This document shows, one piece after another, positions 51,892 through 61,337 of a stretch of 64,000 nucleotides of DNA. The notes beneath the pieces were generated by a model. It was not told the origin of the DNA. It did no database searches and saw only the letters and a list, made by a program, of their open reading frames with translations. Source of the DNA: Candidatus Omnitrophota bacterium (GTDB taxonomy: Bacteria > Omnitrophota > Gorgyraeia > Aquiviventales > Aquiviventaceae); NCBI GenBank assembly GCA_016193175.1, contig JACPSR010000142.1, forward strand, positions 118,332 to 182,331, in the 5' to 3' direction. The position numbers and the translations under genes are program-made. Positions within the stretch are counted from its first letter, which is position 1, and each line of letters starts with the position of its first letter.

Positions 51892-53142
51892 ATGACTGTG
51901 CGGTTAGGAAAGGTTGGGAACAGGGTCCAAGAAGGCAGCCTCTATGCGCTGCTTTTTTTATTGCCGTTTTCGAAAGCCGCGGTTGAGATCTTGTTCGGGT
52001 TCATCTTCTTCGGGTGGATCTTCCAGCGGCTCGACCCCCGAACGCGTACCGATACGCTCTGGCTGCGCCCCGCACTCCACCCACTGGCATGGGCGCTCAT
52101 CTCGTACCTGAGCGTCTGTGCGCTCTCCATCGTGTCCAGCACCTCCCCGTGGTTGAGCATCAAAGGATTTGTTGGCAAGTGGCTCGAGTATCTCTTGTTC
52201 TTCGTGATGGTCGCCGATGTCGCTCGTCAACCCATGGTCGTCAGGCGAAGCCTGAGGATCCTCGTGTATTCTGCGACGTTCGTGTTGATTGAGGCGTTCA
52301 CTCAGGAGCGATATGGAAATGGGTTCTTTTCCTCCCACCGGTTGGATTTCTTCAGCCGAATGACCGGCCCCTATGAAAATCCCATTGATCTGGCGACGTA
52401 CCTGATCGTGGTCATTCCAACCCTGCTCGCTTTTGCAACGGTCCGCCGCAGGGCCAGCCGCTGGCCGCTGTGGGGCGTGCTCCTGCTCCTAAGCGCATGC
52501 CTCGTCAGGACCAAAGCGGTCGGGGCGTGGTTGGGGGTGGGGGTGGGGATGCTCGTGATGATTCTCCTGAAGACCGCAGTGCGGAAACCTGCGCTCATCC
52601 TCCTCATGACGCTCGCGCTGACCGGGGGGGGCGTGCTGTCTCTGGGGGGCCGCTTCAAGGCGGTGGTGTCCAAGTCTGATATCGGGATGTTGGACCGGTG
52701 GCACATGTGGCAGGCGGCGCTCAAGATGATCGGCGAGCGGCCGGTGTTGGGGTTCGGGCTGAACACCTTTATGGCAAACTACCTCGACCATTGGGTTGGA
52801 GGTCAACAGCTCCCGCGCTACGCCCACAACTGTTACCTGCAGGTTGCCGCGGAAACGGGCCTCCCGGGTCTCCTGACGTTCCTGGCGCTGCTGTATCTAT
52901 TCTTCGCGCGCGTGGTGGCCGAACTGCGCCGCCTGCGCCCCAACGATCAGTCGGTCCTTGCCGGTCTGACGGCGGGGCTCCTCGCGTTTGCCGTTCAGTC
53001 AGCGGTCGACACCAACTTCTATGCCTTACGCCAAGCGGCGCTCTTCTGGGTGCTCGCAGGACTGGCGCTTGGGTTGAGCAGCAGGAGCGTCAGCCCGGCA
53101 CCCCAAGCTTCTCCTGTTAGCCGACAGAAGCTCGTGGCATAG
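51892..53142 (+). CDS. O-antigen ligase family protein (WaaL/Wzy_C domain)
   Basis: About 11 TM helices. Periplasmic loop motif ..PRYAHNCYLQVAAETGLPGLLTFLALL.. (conserved His of the Wzy_C/WaaL domain). Confidence 0.85.
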   Translation: MTVRLGKVGNRVQEGSLYALLFLLPFSKAAVEILFGFIFFGWIFQRLDPRTRTDTLWLRPALHPLAWALISYLSVCALSIVSSTSPWLSIKGFVGKWLEYLLFFVMVADVARQPMVVRRSLRILVYSATFVLIEAFTQERYGNGFFSSHRLDFFSRMTGPYENPIDLATYLIVVIPTLLAFATVRRRASRWPLWGVLLLLSACLVRTKAVGAWLGVGVGMLVMILLKTAVRKPALILLMTLALTGGGVLSLGGRFKAVVSKSDIGMLDRWHMWQAALKMIGERPVLGFGLNTFMANYLDHWVGGQQLPRYAHNCYLQVAAETGLPGLLTFLALLYLFFARVVAELRRLRPNDQSVLAGLTAGLLAFAVQSAVDTNFYALRQAALFWVLAGLALGLSSRSVSPAPQASPVSRQKLVA

Positions 53143-53151
53143 GGGGGTGTT

Positions 53152-54150
53152 GTGGTTTCGATCCAGCGGGCGCGTCACATCCTCTTTCTCCGCACCGATC
53201 GGCTTGGCGAGACGTTGTTGAACCTCCCAGCGATCGCTGCGCTGAAGCAATTCCTCCCCAACGCCTCGCTCGCCTTGCTGGTTCATCCGGATCTACAGGT
53301 GCTTATGTCGAGTTTCCCGATCATCGATCATGTGATTCCGTATCCTCAGGATGCTCACCGTGCGTGGTGGATCCGCGCGTACCAGGTCGGGTGCCTGCTC
53401 AGATCGCACAGGTTCGACATCGCGGTCGTGTCCAACCCGATGAAGGAGCTGCACCTGGCGGCGCGGCTGGCTGGCATCCCTGTCCGGGTCGGGTACAACC
53501 GGAAATGGGGTTGGCTCCTCACGCACCGCCTCGAGGACCGCAAAGCGCTTGGCGAACGCCATGAAGCCGAGTATAATCTTGACTTAGTGCGAAGGCTTGG
53601 GTTCCAGACCTCGACCCCTCAGTGGCCCGTCCCTCATCTTGAGCGCGAGCAACTCGAAGTCCTCCAACTGCTTGAGCAGCAGGGGATTCAGCAGTCAGAG
53701 CCGTTTATCGCGGTTCACCCGTGGACCTCGAACCCTCTCAAAGAGTGGCCGGCCACTCGGTTCGCAGCGTTGATCCAGCAGGTGGGAGAGCGTGTCCCCC
53801 TCAGCGTCGTGGTGATCGGGGGTCCGGAGCACCGTCACCAAGCGGATGCGATTATCCCACCAGCGCTGCCAGTGGTGAATCTTGTCGGCCGTTTGACGCT
53901 CAATCAGCTCGCGGCCCTGCTGGCGCGCGCGAGGCTGCTCGTTTCAAATGACAGCGGCCCGGTTCACTTGGCCGTTGCGGTCAAGACCAAGACCCTCGTG
54001 CTCTTTGGCGCGTCGAGTCCGGCCACGGGCCCTCGCCGCTGGGGGCCGTGGGGGGAAGGCCATGCGGTCATCTGGAAAGCCTCGATGGAGGCGATTACCG
54101 TCGAGGAAGTATTCGAAGCGCTTCGGCAGATGCTCGAGACCAAACAATGA
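53152..54150 (+). CDS. Glycosyltransferase family 9 (ADP-heptose:LPS heptosyltransferase-like), copy 1
   Basis: ..ILFLRTDRLGETLLNLPAIAALKQ.. and ..LLVSNDSGPVHLAVAVKTKTLVLFG.. GTG start. Confidence 0.85.
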   Translation: MVSIQRARHILFLRTDRLGETLLNLPAIAALKQFLPNASLALLVHPDLQVLMSSFPIIDHVIPYPQDAHRAWWIRAYQVGCLLRSHRFDIAVVSNPMKELHLAARLAGIPVRVGYNRKWGWLLTHRLEDRKALGERHEAEYNLDLVRRLGFQTSTPQWPVPHLEREQLEVLQLLEQQGIQQSEPFIAVHPWTSNPLKEWPATRFAALIQQVGERVPLSVVVIGGPEHRHQADAIIPPALPVVNLVGRLTLNQLAALLARARLLVSNDSGPVHLAVAVKTKTLVLFGASSPATGPRRWGPWGEGHAVIWKASMEAITVEEVFEALRQMLETKQ

Positions 54151-55274
54151 CCTCGAATGTGCCTCGTCGCATCCTGCTCGTCAATCCGTTTGGCATCGGC
54201 GATGTGCTCTTTACTACGCCGCTCATCCGCGCCGTGCGTCAGGCCTTCCCGCACAGCCGTCTGGGGTATCTCTGTAACCGGCGCACTGAGCGGATTCTCC
54301 AAACGAACCGGCACCTGGATGAGCTCTTCGTGTACGAGAAAGACGAGGTCGTGGAGCTGTGGCGCTCCTCATGGTGGCGAGGGGCGGCTCATGTGGCGAG
54401 GTTGGTGCGCCGCATTCACGGGGCGCGTATCGATCTCGCCATTGATCTCTCGCTGGGGGATCGGTATAGCCTGATCCTGAAGCTGCTCCGGATCCCCCGC
54501 CGCGTCGGCTTTCACTATCGCACCCGCGGACGCTTTTTGACCGACCGTCTCACGATTGACGGCTACCACGATCTCCACGTGGTGGAGTATTATCGCCGGT
54601 TGCTGCGCTTTCTGGGGATCGAGCTGCTCGACCACTCCCTGGAGCTGCAGGCGTCCCAGGAGGATGAGCGATGGGCCGACCAGTGGTTGGAGGAGCACAA
54701 CCTCAACGGCCGCCATCCCCTCGTCGGGATGGTGCCGGCCGGAGGCGTCAGCTGGGGCATCAGCGCGCCGTTCCGCCGATGGAGCTTCGAGGGGTTCGCG
54801 GCGGTTGGGGATGCCCTCGTGAAGCGCTTTGGAGCGCGGCTCATCCTCTTCGGGGAGCCGTCGGATCAGTCGGCGTGCGGGACGGTCGCCCGGCTGATGC
54901 ACTGCCCGGCCGTGGATGCGAGCGGACAGACGACGCTCGGGCAATTCGTCAGCCTCTTGGGCCGCTTGGAGCTCGTCATCTGCAACGACGGCGGACCCCT
55001 CCATCTTGCGGTCAGCCAGGGAGTCAAGACGGTCTCGATCTTTGGACCGGTTGATCCCAACGTCTATGGCCCATACCCTCAAGTCCACTATCATCAGGTT
55101 GTCTGCAAGGAGGAGCTCCCCTGTCGTCCCTGCTACCACCAGTTCAAGCTCCCCCCCTGTCCGTATGAGCGCGCCTGCCTGACCACCATCATGCCAGAGG
55201 AAGTGATCGAAGCGTGTGGAGCCCTCTTGAGCGGCAGGGCGTTACAGCCGAGGGCAGAACCGAGCCATGCGTGA
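54147..55274 (+). CDS. Glycosyltransferase family 9 (heptosyltransferase-like), copy 2
   Basis: ..RILLVNPFGIGDVLFTTPLIRAVRQAFP.. and ..LVICNDGGPLHLAVSQGVKTVSIFG.. ATGA overlap; the track start 54048 lies inside the previous gene. Confidence 0.85.
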   Translation: MTSNVPRRILLVNPFGIGDVLFTTPLIRAVRQAFPHSRLGYLCNRRTERILQTNRHLDELFVYEKDEVVELWRSSWWRGAAHVARLVRRIHGARIDLAIDLSLGDRYSLILKLLRIPRRVGFHYRTRGRFLTDRLTIDGYHDLHVVEYYRRLLRFLGIELLDHSLELQASQEDERWADQWLEEHNLNGRHPLVGMVPAGGVSWGISAPFRRWSFEGFAAVGDALVKRFGARLILFGEPSDQSACGTVARLMHCPAVDASGQTTLGQFVSLLGRLELVICNDGGPLHLAVSQGVKTVSIFGPVDPNVYGPYPQVHYHQVVCKEELPCRPCYHQFKLPPCPYERACLTTIMPEEVIEACGALLSGRALQPRAEPSHA

Positions 55275-55461
55275 ACCCCGTACCACGGCTTCACAGCCGG
55301 GGCTTCCAGAAATACGTTTCGCGCTCCAGGCACATTCCTCCCCACGTTCACACGCGGGGCTTCCTGTGGTACGGGGTGAAGCTGGGCCGGTGGTCCTCTC
55401 ACTCGTCGAGCGGGGCTGGCAGGCTGCCAGGGAATGCTCGCTCGAACTGCAGCCGCAGGGC

Positions 55462-55794
55462 ATGGAGTTCCTCCACATCATCAAGGGTCGGCTCGACCGC
55501 GCGGTCCGCAGCCTCATTGAGCCATGGCCCCACATCCGGATCATCAGCCTCCCGCGCACGCTGTTTTGGCCCGTGGTGAGCGCGCTTGTGCTCGGCTTGT
55601 GGCTGACGGGGAAGCTCCGCGCCCTCCTGGTGGATAATCCCCGCTCGTACCGGCGGCTGTCGCGGGTGAGCGGTTTGGTGCGAGTGCCCTTGACGCTGGT
55701 GCAATGGGGGGATGCGGGGTACGAACTGTCCGTGGACTCGGCGCCGATCACACGGGCGGCCTGGTGGACGCAGGTTCAGCGACGGGGCCAGTGA
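55462..55794 (+). CDS. Hypothetical small membrane protein
   Basis: 111 aa from ATG 55462 with one TM segment (..LFWPVVSALVLGLWLTG..). No motif was recognised. The upstream part of the track ORF (55267-55461) covers a structured non-coding-looking region. Confidence 0.3.
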   Translation: MEFLHIIKGRLDRAVRSLIEPWPHIRIISLPRTLFWPVVSALVLGLWLTGKLRALLVDNPRSYRRLSRVSGLVRVPLTLVQWGDAGYELSVDSAPITRAAWWTQVQRRGQ

Positions 55795-55820
55795 CCCACG
55801 GGACGGCCGGAGCGGGACGG

Positions 55821-56699
55821 ATGCGGATCGCCCTGATCTTCGATAAGCCCCGAGCGGATACGACCGGGGTGTATTTCGAACGGGCCTGCCGAACGCTGGG
55901 GCTTGCGTATGACCACTGCTCGCTGCGCGACGCGGCTCGACTGACGGCCGCTTATGACGTGTACCTGCGGATCGATCATGGAGGTGACTACCTTGTCGGG
56001 CTGCCCGCGGGCCTTCGGCCGCGGGTGTTCTTCGCGATTGATACGCACCTTCCGCATAGCTGGAAGAAGATTCGGCGGATCGCCTCACGGTACGACGTGG
56101 TCTTCTGCGCGCAGGCGGAGGCGGCCAGCCGGCTGCGAAACGGCGCATGGCTGCCGCTGGCGTGCGACCCAGCCATCCACGGGGCGCCTGACGAGGCTGC
56201 CGCTTCGCCGGTCTGGGATGTCGCGTTCGTCGGGACCGACGGCGGCATCCCGAGGAAATTCTATCTCCAGGCGCTCCGGGAGCGCTACCCGAACAGCTTC
56301 ATCGGTCCCGCTGACCATGCCCAGTTGGCCTCGATCTACCGGCGGGCGCGGGTGGGGTTTAACTACTCGATCCACGACGATGTCAATATGCGCATCTTCG
56401 AGGTGCTGGCCGCGGAGACGCTCCTCGTGACGAACCAGCTTCGCCATGATGATCTGGGTCGTCTGGGTCTGGAGGATCGCCGCCACCTCGTCCTCTACCG
56501 GAGCCCGCGGGAGCTCTTCGACCTCATCGAGTACTACCTGGCGCATCCAGCCGAACGGCAGGCGATCGCGCAGGAGGGGGCCCACGTCGTGCGGGCGCGG
56601 CACACGTACGTCCGCCGCCTCGAGCAGCTCCTGGCGACGGTGTCACGCCAGCCGACCCTCACCGTGGGCCAGCCGGGAGGGGAATCCGGTGTGAGATGA
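55821..56699 (+). CDS. CgeB-like glycosyltransferase (DUF3880 / Glyco_trans_1_2-type), copy 1
   Basis: ..VAFVGTDGGIPRKFYLQAL.., ..NMRIFEVLAAETLLVTNQL.., ..LVLYRSPRELFDLIEYYLAHPAERQAIAQEGAHVVRARHTY.. Confidence 0.65.
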   Translation: MRIALIFDKPRADTTGVYFERACRTLGLAYDHCSLRDAARLTAAYDVYLRIDHGGDYLVGLPAGLRPRVFFAIDTHLPHSWKKIRRIASRYDVVFCAQAEAASRLRNGAWLPLACDPAIHGAPDEAAASPVWDVAFVGTDGGIPRKFYLQALRERYPNSFIGPADHAQLASIYRRARVGFNYSIHDDVNMRIFEVLAAETLLVTNQLRHDDLGRLGLEDRRHLVLYRSPRELFDLIEYYLAHPAERQAIAQEGAHVVRARHTYVRRLEQLLATVSRQPTLTVGQPGGESGVR

Positions 56700-57826
56700 G
56701 TGACACGCCCGTGTGTGATCTGGTGCTCTTGAGCTGGAACCATCTCGAGGAGACGCGGCCATGCCTCGAAACGTTGTTCGCGTCCACCGGCGTCCCGTGC
56801 CGGTTGCTCATCGTGGACAATGGGAGCGAGCCGGAGGTCCGCGCCTTTTTGCGGACGGTCACGCCGCGCGGCCACATCACCGAGGTCACCCTCCTGCAGA
56901 ACGAGCAGAACGAAGGCTTCCCGAAGGGCATGAACCGCGGCATCCAGGCCTCCACGGCGCCGTTTGTCTGCCTACTCAATAATGATCTCCTGTTCACGAA
57001 GGGTTGGCTGGAGGAACTGATCGACGTGGCCGGCACCCATCGAGAGATCGGCGTCGTCAACCCGTCCAGCAGCACGCTCGGCAATCGCCCGTCGCGCGGG
57101 GAGTCGTTGCAAGAGTACGCGGACAGCCTCCGGCCGCTCCACGGCGTCTACACGGAAGTAGGGATGTGCATCGGCTACTGCATACTCATCAAGCGGGCGG
57201 TCATCGATCGGATCGGCGGCTTGAGCGAGGAGGTGGAACGGGCGTTCTTTGAAGATGAGGACTTCTCCGCGCGGGCCCAGCAGGCCGGGTTCCAGTGCGT
57301 CGTCGCCGAAGCCTCCTACGTGTACCACGCGGAGCATCAATCGGTGCGCCACCTCCCGGAGCGGGAGGCGCTCTTTGCAAAGAACCGGAAGTGGTGCGAG
57401 GAGCGATGGGGTCGGAGGATCCGGCTCGCCTGGCCGCGCTTCGAGCCGGTGGTGCCGGGGTCCGACGAGCTCCGTCCCTGGCTTGAGCAGATGATCCAGT
57501 GGGCGCGGAAGCGCACCCTGGTCTACGTCTACTCTCCGATGCCCTCTGGCGTGAGTGCTGAGGTGCTGTTTCGATCTGTGGGCCTGGTGCCACATATCGA
57601 TGTCCACTGGCATGCCGTCCCTGCGGCCTTCGCGCCGTGGGCGACGCTCGGATTCATCCTGCAGCGGAGGAAGAAGCCCTTTGACATCATCGTGGCTCCC
57701 ACCAAGCGGTGGGAACGGCGGGTCGCGCGGTTGAAATGGCTGCATGGTGCCGATGTCGTCCCGCTGGGCGATGACGCGCAGTTGGTGAAGCGATGGCAGC
57801 ACCGATCCCGATGCCTGCGCCGGTGA
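56696..57826 (+). CDS. Glycosyltransferase family 2
   Basis: ..CDLVLLSWNHLEETRPCLETL..LLIVDNGSEPE.., ..NEGFPKGMNRG.., ..FEDEDFSARAQQAGF.. ATGA overlap with the upstream stop. Confidence 0.85.
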   Translation: MSDTPVCDLVLLSWNHLEETRPCLETLFASTGVPCRLLIVDNGSEPEVRAFLRTVTPRGHITEVTLLQNEQNEGFPKGMNRGIQASTAPFVCLLNNDLLFTKGWLEELIDVAGTHREIGVVNPSSSTLGNRPSRGESLQEYADSLRPLHGVYTEVGMCIGYCILIKRAVIDRIGGLSEEVERAFFEDEDFSARAQQAGFQCVVAEASYVYHAEHQSVRHLPEREALFAKNRKWCEERWGRRIRLAWPRFEPVVPGSDELRPWLEQMIQWARKRTLVYVYSPMPSGVSAEVLFRSVGLVPHIDVHWHAVPAAFAPWATLGFILQRRKKPFDIIVAPTKRWERRVARLKWLHGADVVPLGDDAQLVKRWQHRSRCLRR

Positions 57827-58878
57827 TGGCGCGGCGGCTCATGGATCAGCCCAGCGAGGGGTTTGAATCCGTGGGGTGCATCCTCTGCGGATCAAACAGG
57901 ACAGCGCCGGTGGTCGCGGCCCCGGATCGGGACCCTCGAGGGGATCCGAGCGTGTGGTTCCAAGTGGTGAGGTGTCAGGGCTGCGGACTCCACTTCCAGA
58001 ACCTTCGGCCGACGGCCGAGCGGCTTAACGCCTATTATCCGGAGCACTACTACGCCTATCAGCCCACCGGGTCCCCGCCACCCAGGGGTCTCAAGGCGAT
58101 AGGGCAGAGGCTCGAGTGGTGGACGAAGAGAGGCCTTCGGCAAGCCTTCTTCGGATACCCCTGTCCAAGCGGAGGGGCCAGGCGGTTGGTGCTGCGGCTT
58201 GCCCTGTGGCCCCTGTGGCTTCGGATGCGGCTCCTTGGAAAGGATGTCAAGGTGGTGCCCTATGTCGGTCGCGGACGGTTCCTGGATCTTGGCTGCGGGA
58301 CGGGAGGGGATCTCGCCTACCAGCGCCGATGCGGCCTGACCGTCGCCGGCGTGGAACGGAGCCAGTCGGCTGCGCGGGCAGCTCGGGAGCGCTACGGGCT
58401 TGATGTGCGGGGAGGGACCCTTGAGGAGGCGCGGTTTCCGGACAGGGCGTTCGATACCATCCACATGTCCCATGTCTTTGAACACCTGCCGAACCCGGCA
58501 GCGACCCTCGACGAGATGCATCGAGTTCTGGATCCCAACGGGGTAGTCATTCTGAAGGTCCCGAACATCGCCAGCATGAGCGCCAAGAGGTTTGGCGCGT
58601 ACTGGCTGGGCCTGGAGCTGCCACGGCACTTCTACCACTTCTCGCCGGAGACGATCACCGCACTCCTCCAACGGCACGGGTTTGCGGTGAGCGCGATTCG
58701 TCACGATCCCAGCTCGTGGGGGTTGTGGCGAGAGAGCCGGCGCTGCCAGATGCGGGAGACCCAGGGCAAGGAATTGGGCAAGAGCTGGTTGGGGAAGTGC
58801 GCCCACCAGATGGCGGAGGCCTTCGCCTGTTGGCGCGGCCGAGGCGGTGTGATAGTCGTCTACGCCTCGAAAGGCTGA
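57826..58878 (+). CDS. Class-I SAM-dependent methyltransferase with an N-terminal Cys4 zinc ribbon
   Basis: ..CILCGSN....CQGCGLHF.., ..RFLDLGCGTGGDLAYQRRCGLTVAGVE.., ..FDTIHMSHVFEHL.. TGATG overlap with the upstream stop. Confidence 0.8.
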   Translation: MARRLMDQPSEGFESVGCILCGSNRTAPVVAAPDRDPRGDPSVWFQVVRCQGCGLHFQNLRPTAERLNAYYPEHYYAYQPTGSPPPRGLKAIGQRLEWWTKRGLRQAFFGYPCPSGGARRLVLRLALWPLWLRMRLLGKDVKVVPYVGRGRFLDLGCGTGGDLAYQRRCGLTVAGVERSQSAARAARERYGLDVRGGTLEEARFPDRAFDTIHMSHVFEHLPNPAATLDEMHRVLDPNGVVILKVPNIASMSAKRFGAYWLGLELPRHFYHFSPETITALLQRHGFAVSAIRHDPSSWGLWRESRRCQMRETQGKELGKSWLGKCAHQMAEAFACWRGRGGVIVVYASKG

Positions 58879-59690
58879 TGGACACACCGATCCCGCTCTC
58901 CGTGGTCATCCTGACCAGAAACGAAGCCGGCCGGATCCGGGACTGCATCCAGAGTGTGCGCTGGGCCGATGAGGTGCTGGTGATCGATGATGAGAGTACG
59001 GACGACACCGTGCAGATTGCCGAATCGCTTGGCGGCCGAGTCCTCAGGCGCAAGATGGACATCGAGGGGCGCCATCGCAACTGGGCCCATGCCCAGGCCA
59101 AGCACGAGTGGATCTTGAGCCTGGACGCGGATGAACGGGTGACCCCGGCGCTCGCTGAGGAGATCCGGGCGTTGGTCGAAAACGGCGCCGCCCATCCGCT
59201 CTACGCGATTCCTCGGCGGAACTACATCGGGACCCGCTGGATTCGCTACGGAGGCTGGTACCCGAGCGCGCAGCTCAAACTATTCCAGAAATCCGTGTTC
59301 CGGTGGGAGGAAACGACCGTCCATCCCCGCGCGATCGGCAGCGGCTCCTGTGGGCAGACCCGTTACGACCTCCTGCACTTTTCCTACCGGGACGAACAGG
59401 ACTTCCTGCAGAAGGTAGACCGGCAGACGACGCTGGAAGCCGAGAAGTGGGTCGCGGAGGGCCGAGGGGTGAGCCTGGCCAAGGCGCTGTGGCGGACGTG
59501 CGATCGCTTCGTCCGGACCTACGTGGGCAAGCAGGGGTTCCGCGAGGGGCGGCTGGGGTGGTTCATCGCGCGAATGGCCGCCCGGTACCAGTGGCACAGT
59601 TACGTGAAGTATAAGCGCCTCTGGCGCCAGCGGGACGCGAGCAGGGTGACGGCGAGCTACGGCGATCCCATGAACGCCAGGAAGACGTAG
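58878..59690 (+). CDS. Glycosyltransferase family 2, WaaE/KdtX-like (module 1 of 3)
   Basis: ..LSVVILTRNEAGRIRDCIQSVRWADEVLVIDDESTDDT.., ..WILSLDADERV.. C-terminal ..YVGKQGFREGRLGWFIARMAA.. Confidence 0.8.
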   Translation: MDTPIPLSVVILTRNEAGRIRDCIQSVRWADEVLVIDDESTDDTVQIAESLGGRVLRRKMDIEGRHRNWAHAQAKHEWILSLDADERVTPALAEEIRALVENGAAHPLYAIPRRNYIGTRWIRYGGWYPSAQLKLFQKSVFRWEETTVHPRAIGSGSCGQTRYDLLHFSYRDEQDFLQKVDRQTTLEAEKWVAEGRGVSLAKALWRTCDRFVRTYVGKQGFREGRLGWFIARMAARYQWHSYVKYKRLWRQRDASRVTASYGDPMNARKT

Positions 59691-61337
59691 ATGTGTCGGA
59701 GACTGAGCGCCGTCATCCTGGCGAAGAACGAGGGAGGACGAATCCCGGCGTGCCTGGCGAGCCTCGGCTGGGTGGATGAAATTGTGGTGGTAGACGATGA
59801 GAGCACCGATCGGACCCGTGAGCTGTGCCGGGCGTTCGGGGCCACGGTGATCACACGCCGCTCCGGCGGCGATTTTGACCAGCAGCGCAACGCCGGAATC
59901 GATGCGGCGTCCTGGGAGTGGATCCTCCAGCTCGATGCCGATGAGGTCGTCTCACCCGCGCTGGGGGAGGAGATCCGCAGCGCCATCCAACGCGCCAGCC
60001 CCACCGGGCGAGACGCGGTAGGCGGGGCCAGCCCCATCGTCGCGTACCGTGTGAGACGGCAGAACATCTTCCTCGGTCGCGAGATGCGCTACGGCGGATG
60101 GGGGTGGAATGGCGTCAAGCTGTTTCGGAAATCCGCGGCTCGGTATGTCGGGCACAGCGTCCATGAGACGCTCGCCGTCAACGGTCAGGTGGCGGAGCTC
60201 ACCCAACCGATTCAGCACTACCCCTTCCAGAGTCTCACGCAGTTCCTCGAGCGGCAGAACTTCTATTCGGATGTCGAAGCGAGGCTGCTGCGCCAGTCCC
60301 AGGGGACCATGACGGAGCGTGCGCTGCGGTACCAGCTTTTGATTCGACCCCTGAAGCTCTTTTGGAAGTCCTACGTGAAGCAAGGGGGCTACCGCGAAGG
60401 TCTGCACGGCCTCGTCTTTGCGGCGCTCTTCGCGTGGACGCATTTTCTCAAATGGGCCAAGTGGTGGGAGGCGGGCCTCACTCTCGCGCAGCCCCAGCCG
60501 CTCGGATCGGTTGAACCGGTGCACGGCATGTCTTCGCGAGCGGCTGGCCAACCCGCAGGGATGGCGCGAGACCGCGAGACGCTCTCCGTGGTGATCTTGA
60601 CGAAGAACGAGGAGGAGAGAATCGGCCGATGCCTGGCGAGCGTCCGGTGGGCCGACGAGGTCATCGTGGTGGACGGGGAGAGCCAGGATCGGACTCCGGA
60701 GCTCGCGCGGGCCTTCGGCGCGACGGTGGTCTCTCACGCGTTTGACGGCAGTTTTGCGACCGAACGGAACCTGGGACTGTCGCACGCGCACGGCGACTGG
60801 GTCCTCCAGATCGACGCGGATGATGTCGTGACGCAGGAATTCCACGCGACGGTTGACGCCGTCCTCCGGGAGAAACCCTCTCACGCCGCCTATAAGTTCC
60901 GGCGCCGGAGCGTCCTGCTGGGGCGGGTCATGCGCTATGGAGGATGGTACTATGCGGTGCCGAACCTGCTCCGTCGCGGCCGGGCGCGTTACGAGGGGCT
61001 GGTCCATGAGCGGCCGAGCGTCGAGGGGACGATCGGCGAGTTGAACGCCGATATCGAGCATCACCCCTGCGAGCGCCTCTCGGTGTTCGTGGGACGCCAC
61101 AACCGCTACACGTCGCTGCAGGCCGAAGAGCTCTGCCGCACGCTGGGCACGGCGCCCGATCGGCGCCTCTGGAGACTGCTGTGGCGGATGCCCTGGAAGA
61201 CGTTCTGGAAGAGCTACGTCAAAAAAGCGGGATACCGGGAAGGACTGCACGGCCTGGTCTTCGCGGAGCTCTACGCGGGTTTTGAACTGCTGAAGTGGGC
61301 GAAGTACTGGGAGCGTTCCCGCCTGCAACCCCCATGA
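59691..61337 (+). CDS. Tandem double GT2 (two WaaE/KdtX-like modules fused; modules 2 and 3)
   Basis: Module 2: ..LSAVILAKNEGGRIPACLASLGWVDEIVVVDDESTDRT.., ..WILQLDADEVV.., ..YVKQGGYREGLHGLVFAALFA.. Module 3 begins at in-frame ATG 60561: MARDRETLSVVILTKNEEERIGRCLASVRWADEVIVVDGESQDRT.., ..WVLQIDADDVV.., ..YVKKAGYREGLHGLVFAELYA.. The ATG abuts the TAG of module 1. Confidence 0.8.
   Translation: MCRRLSAVILAKNEGGRIPACLASLGWVDEIVVVDDESTDRTRELCRAFGATVITRRSGGDFDQQRNAGIDAASWEWILQLDADEVVSPALGEEIRSAIQRASPTGRDAVGGASPIVAYRVRRQNIFLGREMRYGGWGWNGVKLFRKSAARYVGHSVHETLAVNGQVAELTQPIQHYPFQSLTQFLERQNFYSDVEARLLRQSQGTMTERALRYQLLIRPLKLFWKSYVKQGGYREGLHGLVFAALFAWTHFLKWAKWWEAGLTLAQPQPLGSVEPVHGMSSRAAGQPAGMARDRETLSVVILTKNEEERIGRCLASVRWADEVIVVDGESQDRTPELARAFGATVVSHAFDGSFATERNLGLSHAHGDWVLQIDADDVVTQEFHATVDAVLREKPSHAAYKFRRRSVLLGRVMRYGGWYYAVPNLLRRGRARYEGLVHERPSVEGTIGELNADIEHHPCERLSVFVGRHNRYTSLQAEELCRTLGTAPDRRLWRLLWRMPWKTFWKSYVKKAGYREGLHGLVFAELYAGFELLKWAKYWERSRLQPP

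Noticed and set aside
51762-51986. 74-aa plus-strand ORF spanning the palindromic intergenic element and the start of the ligase gene.
   Set aside because: It is out of frame with the ligase gene, which has clear WaaL-family features. It runs through a nested inverted repeat, and its Cys/Val-rich translation simply reflects the CTGTG repeats.
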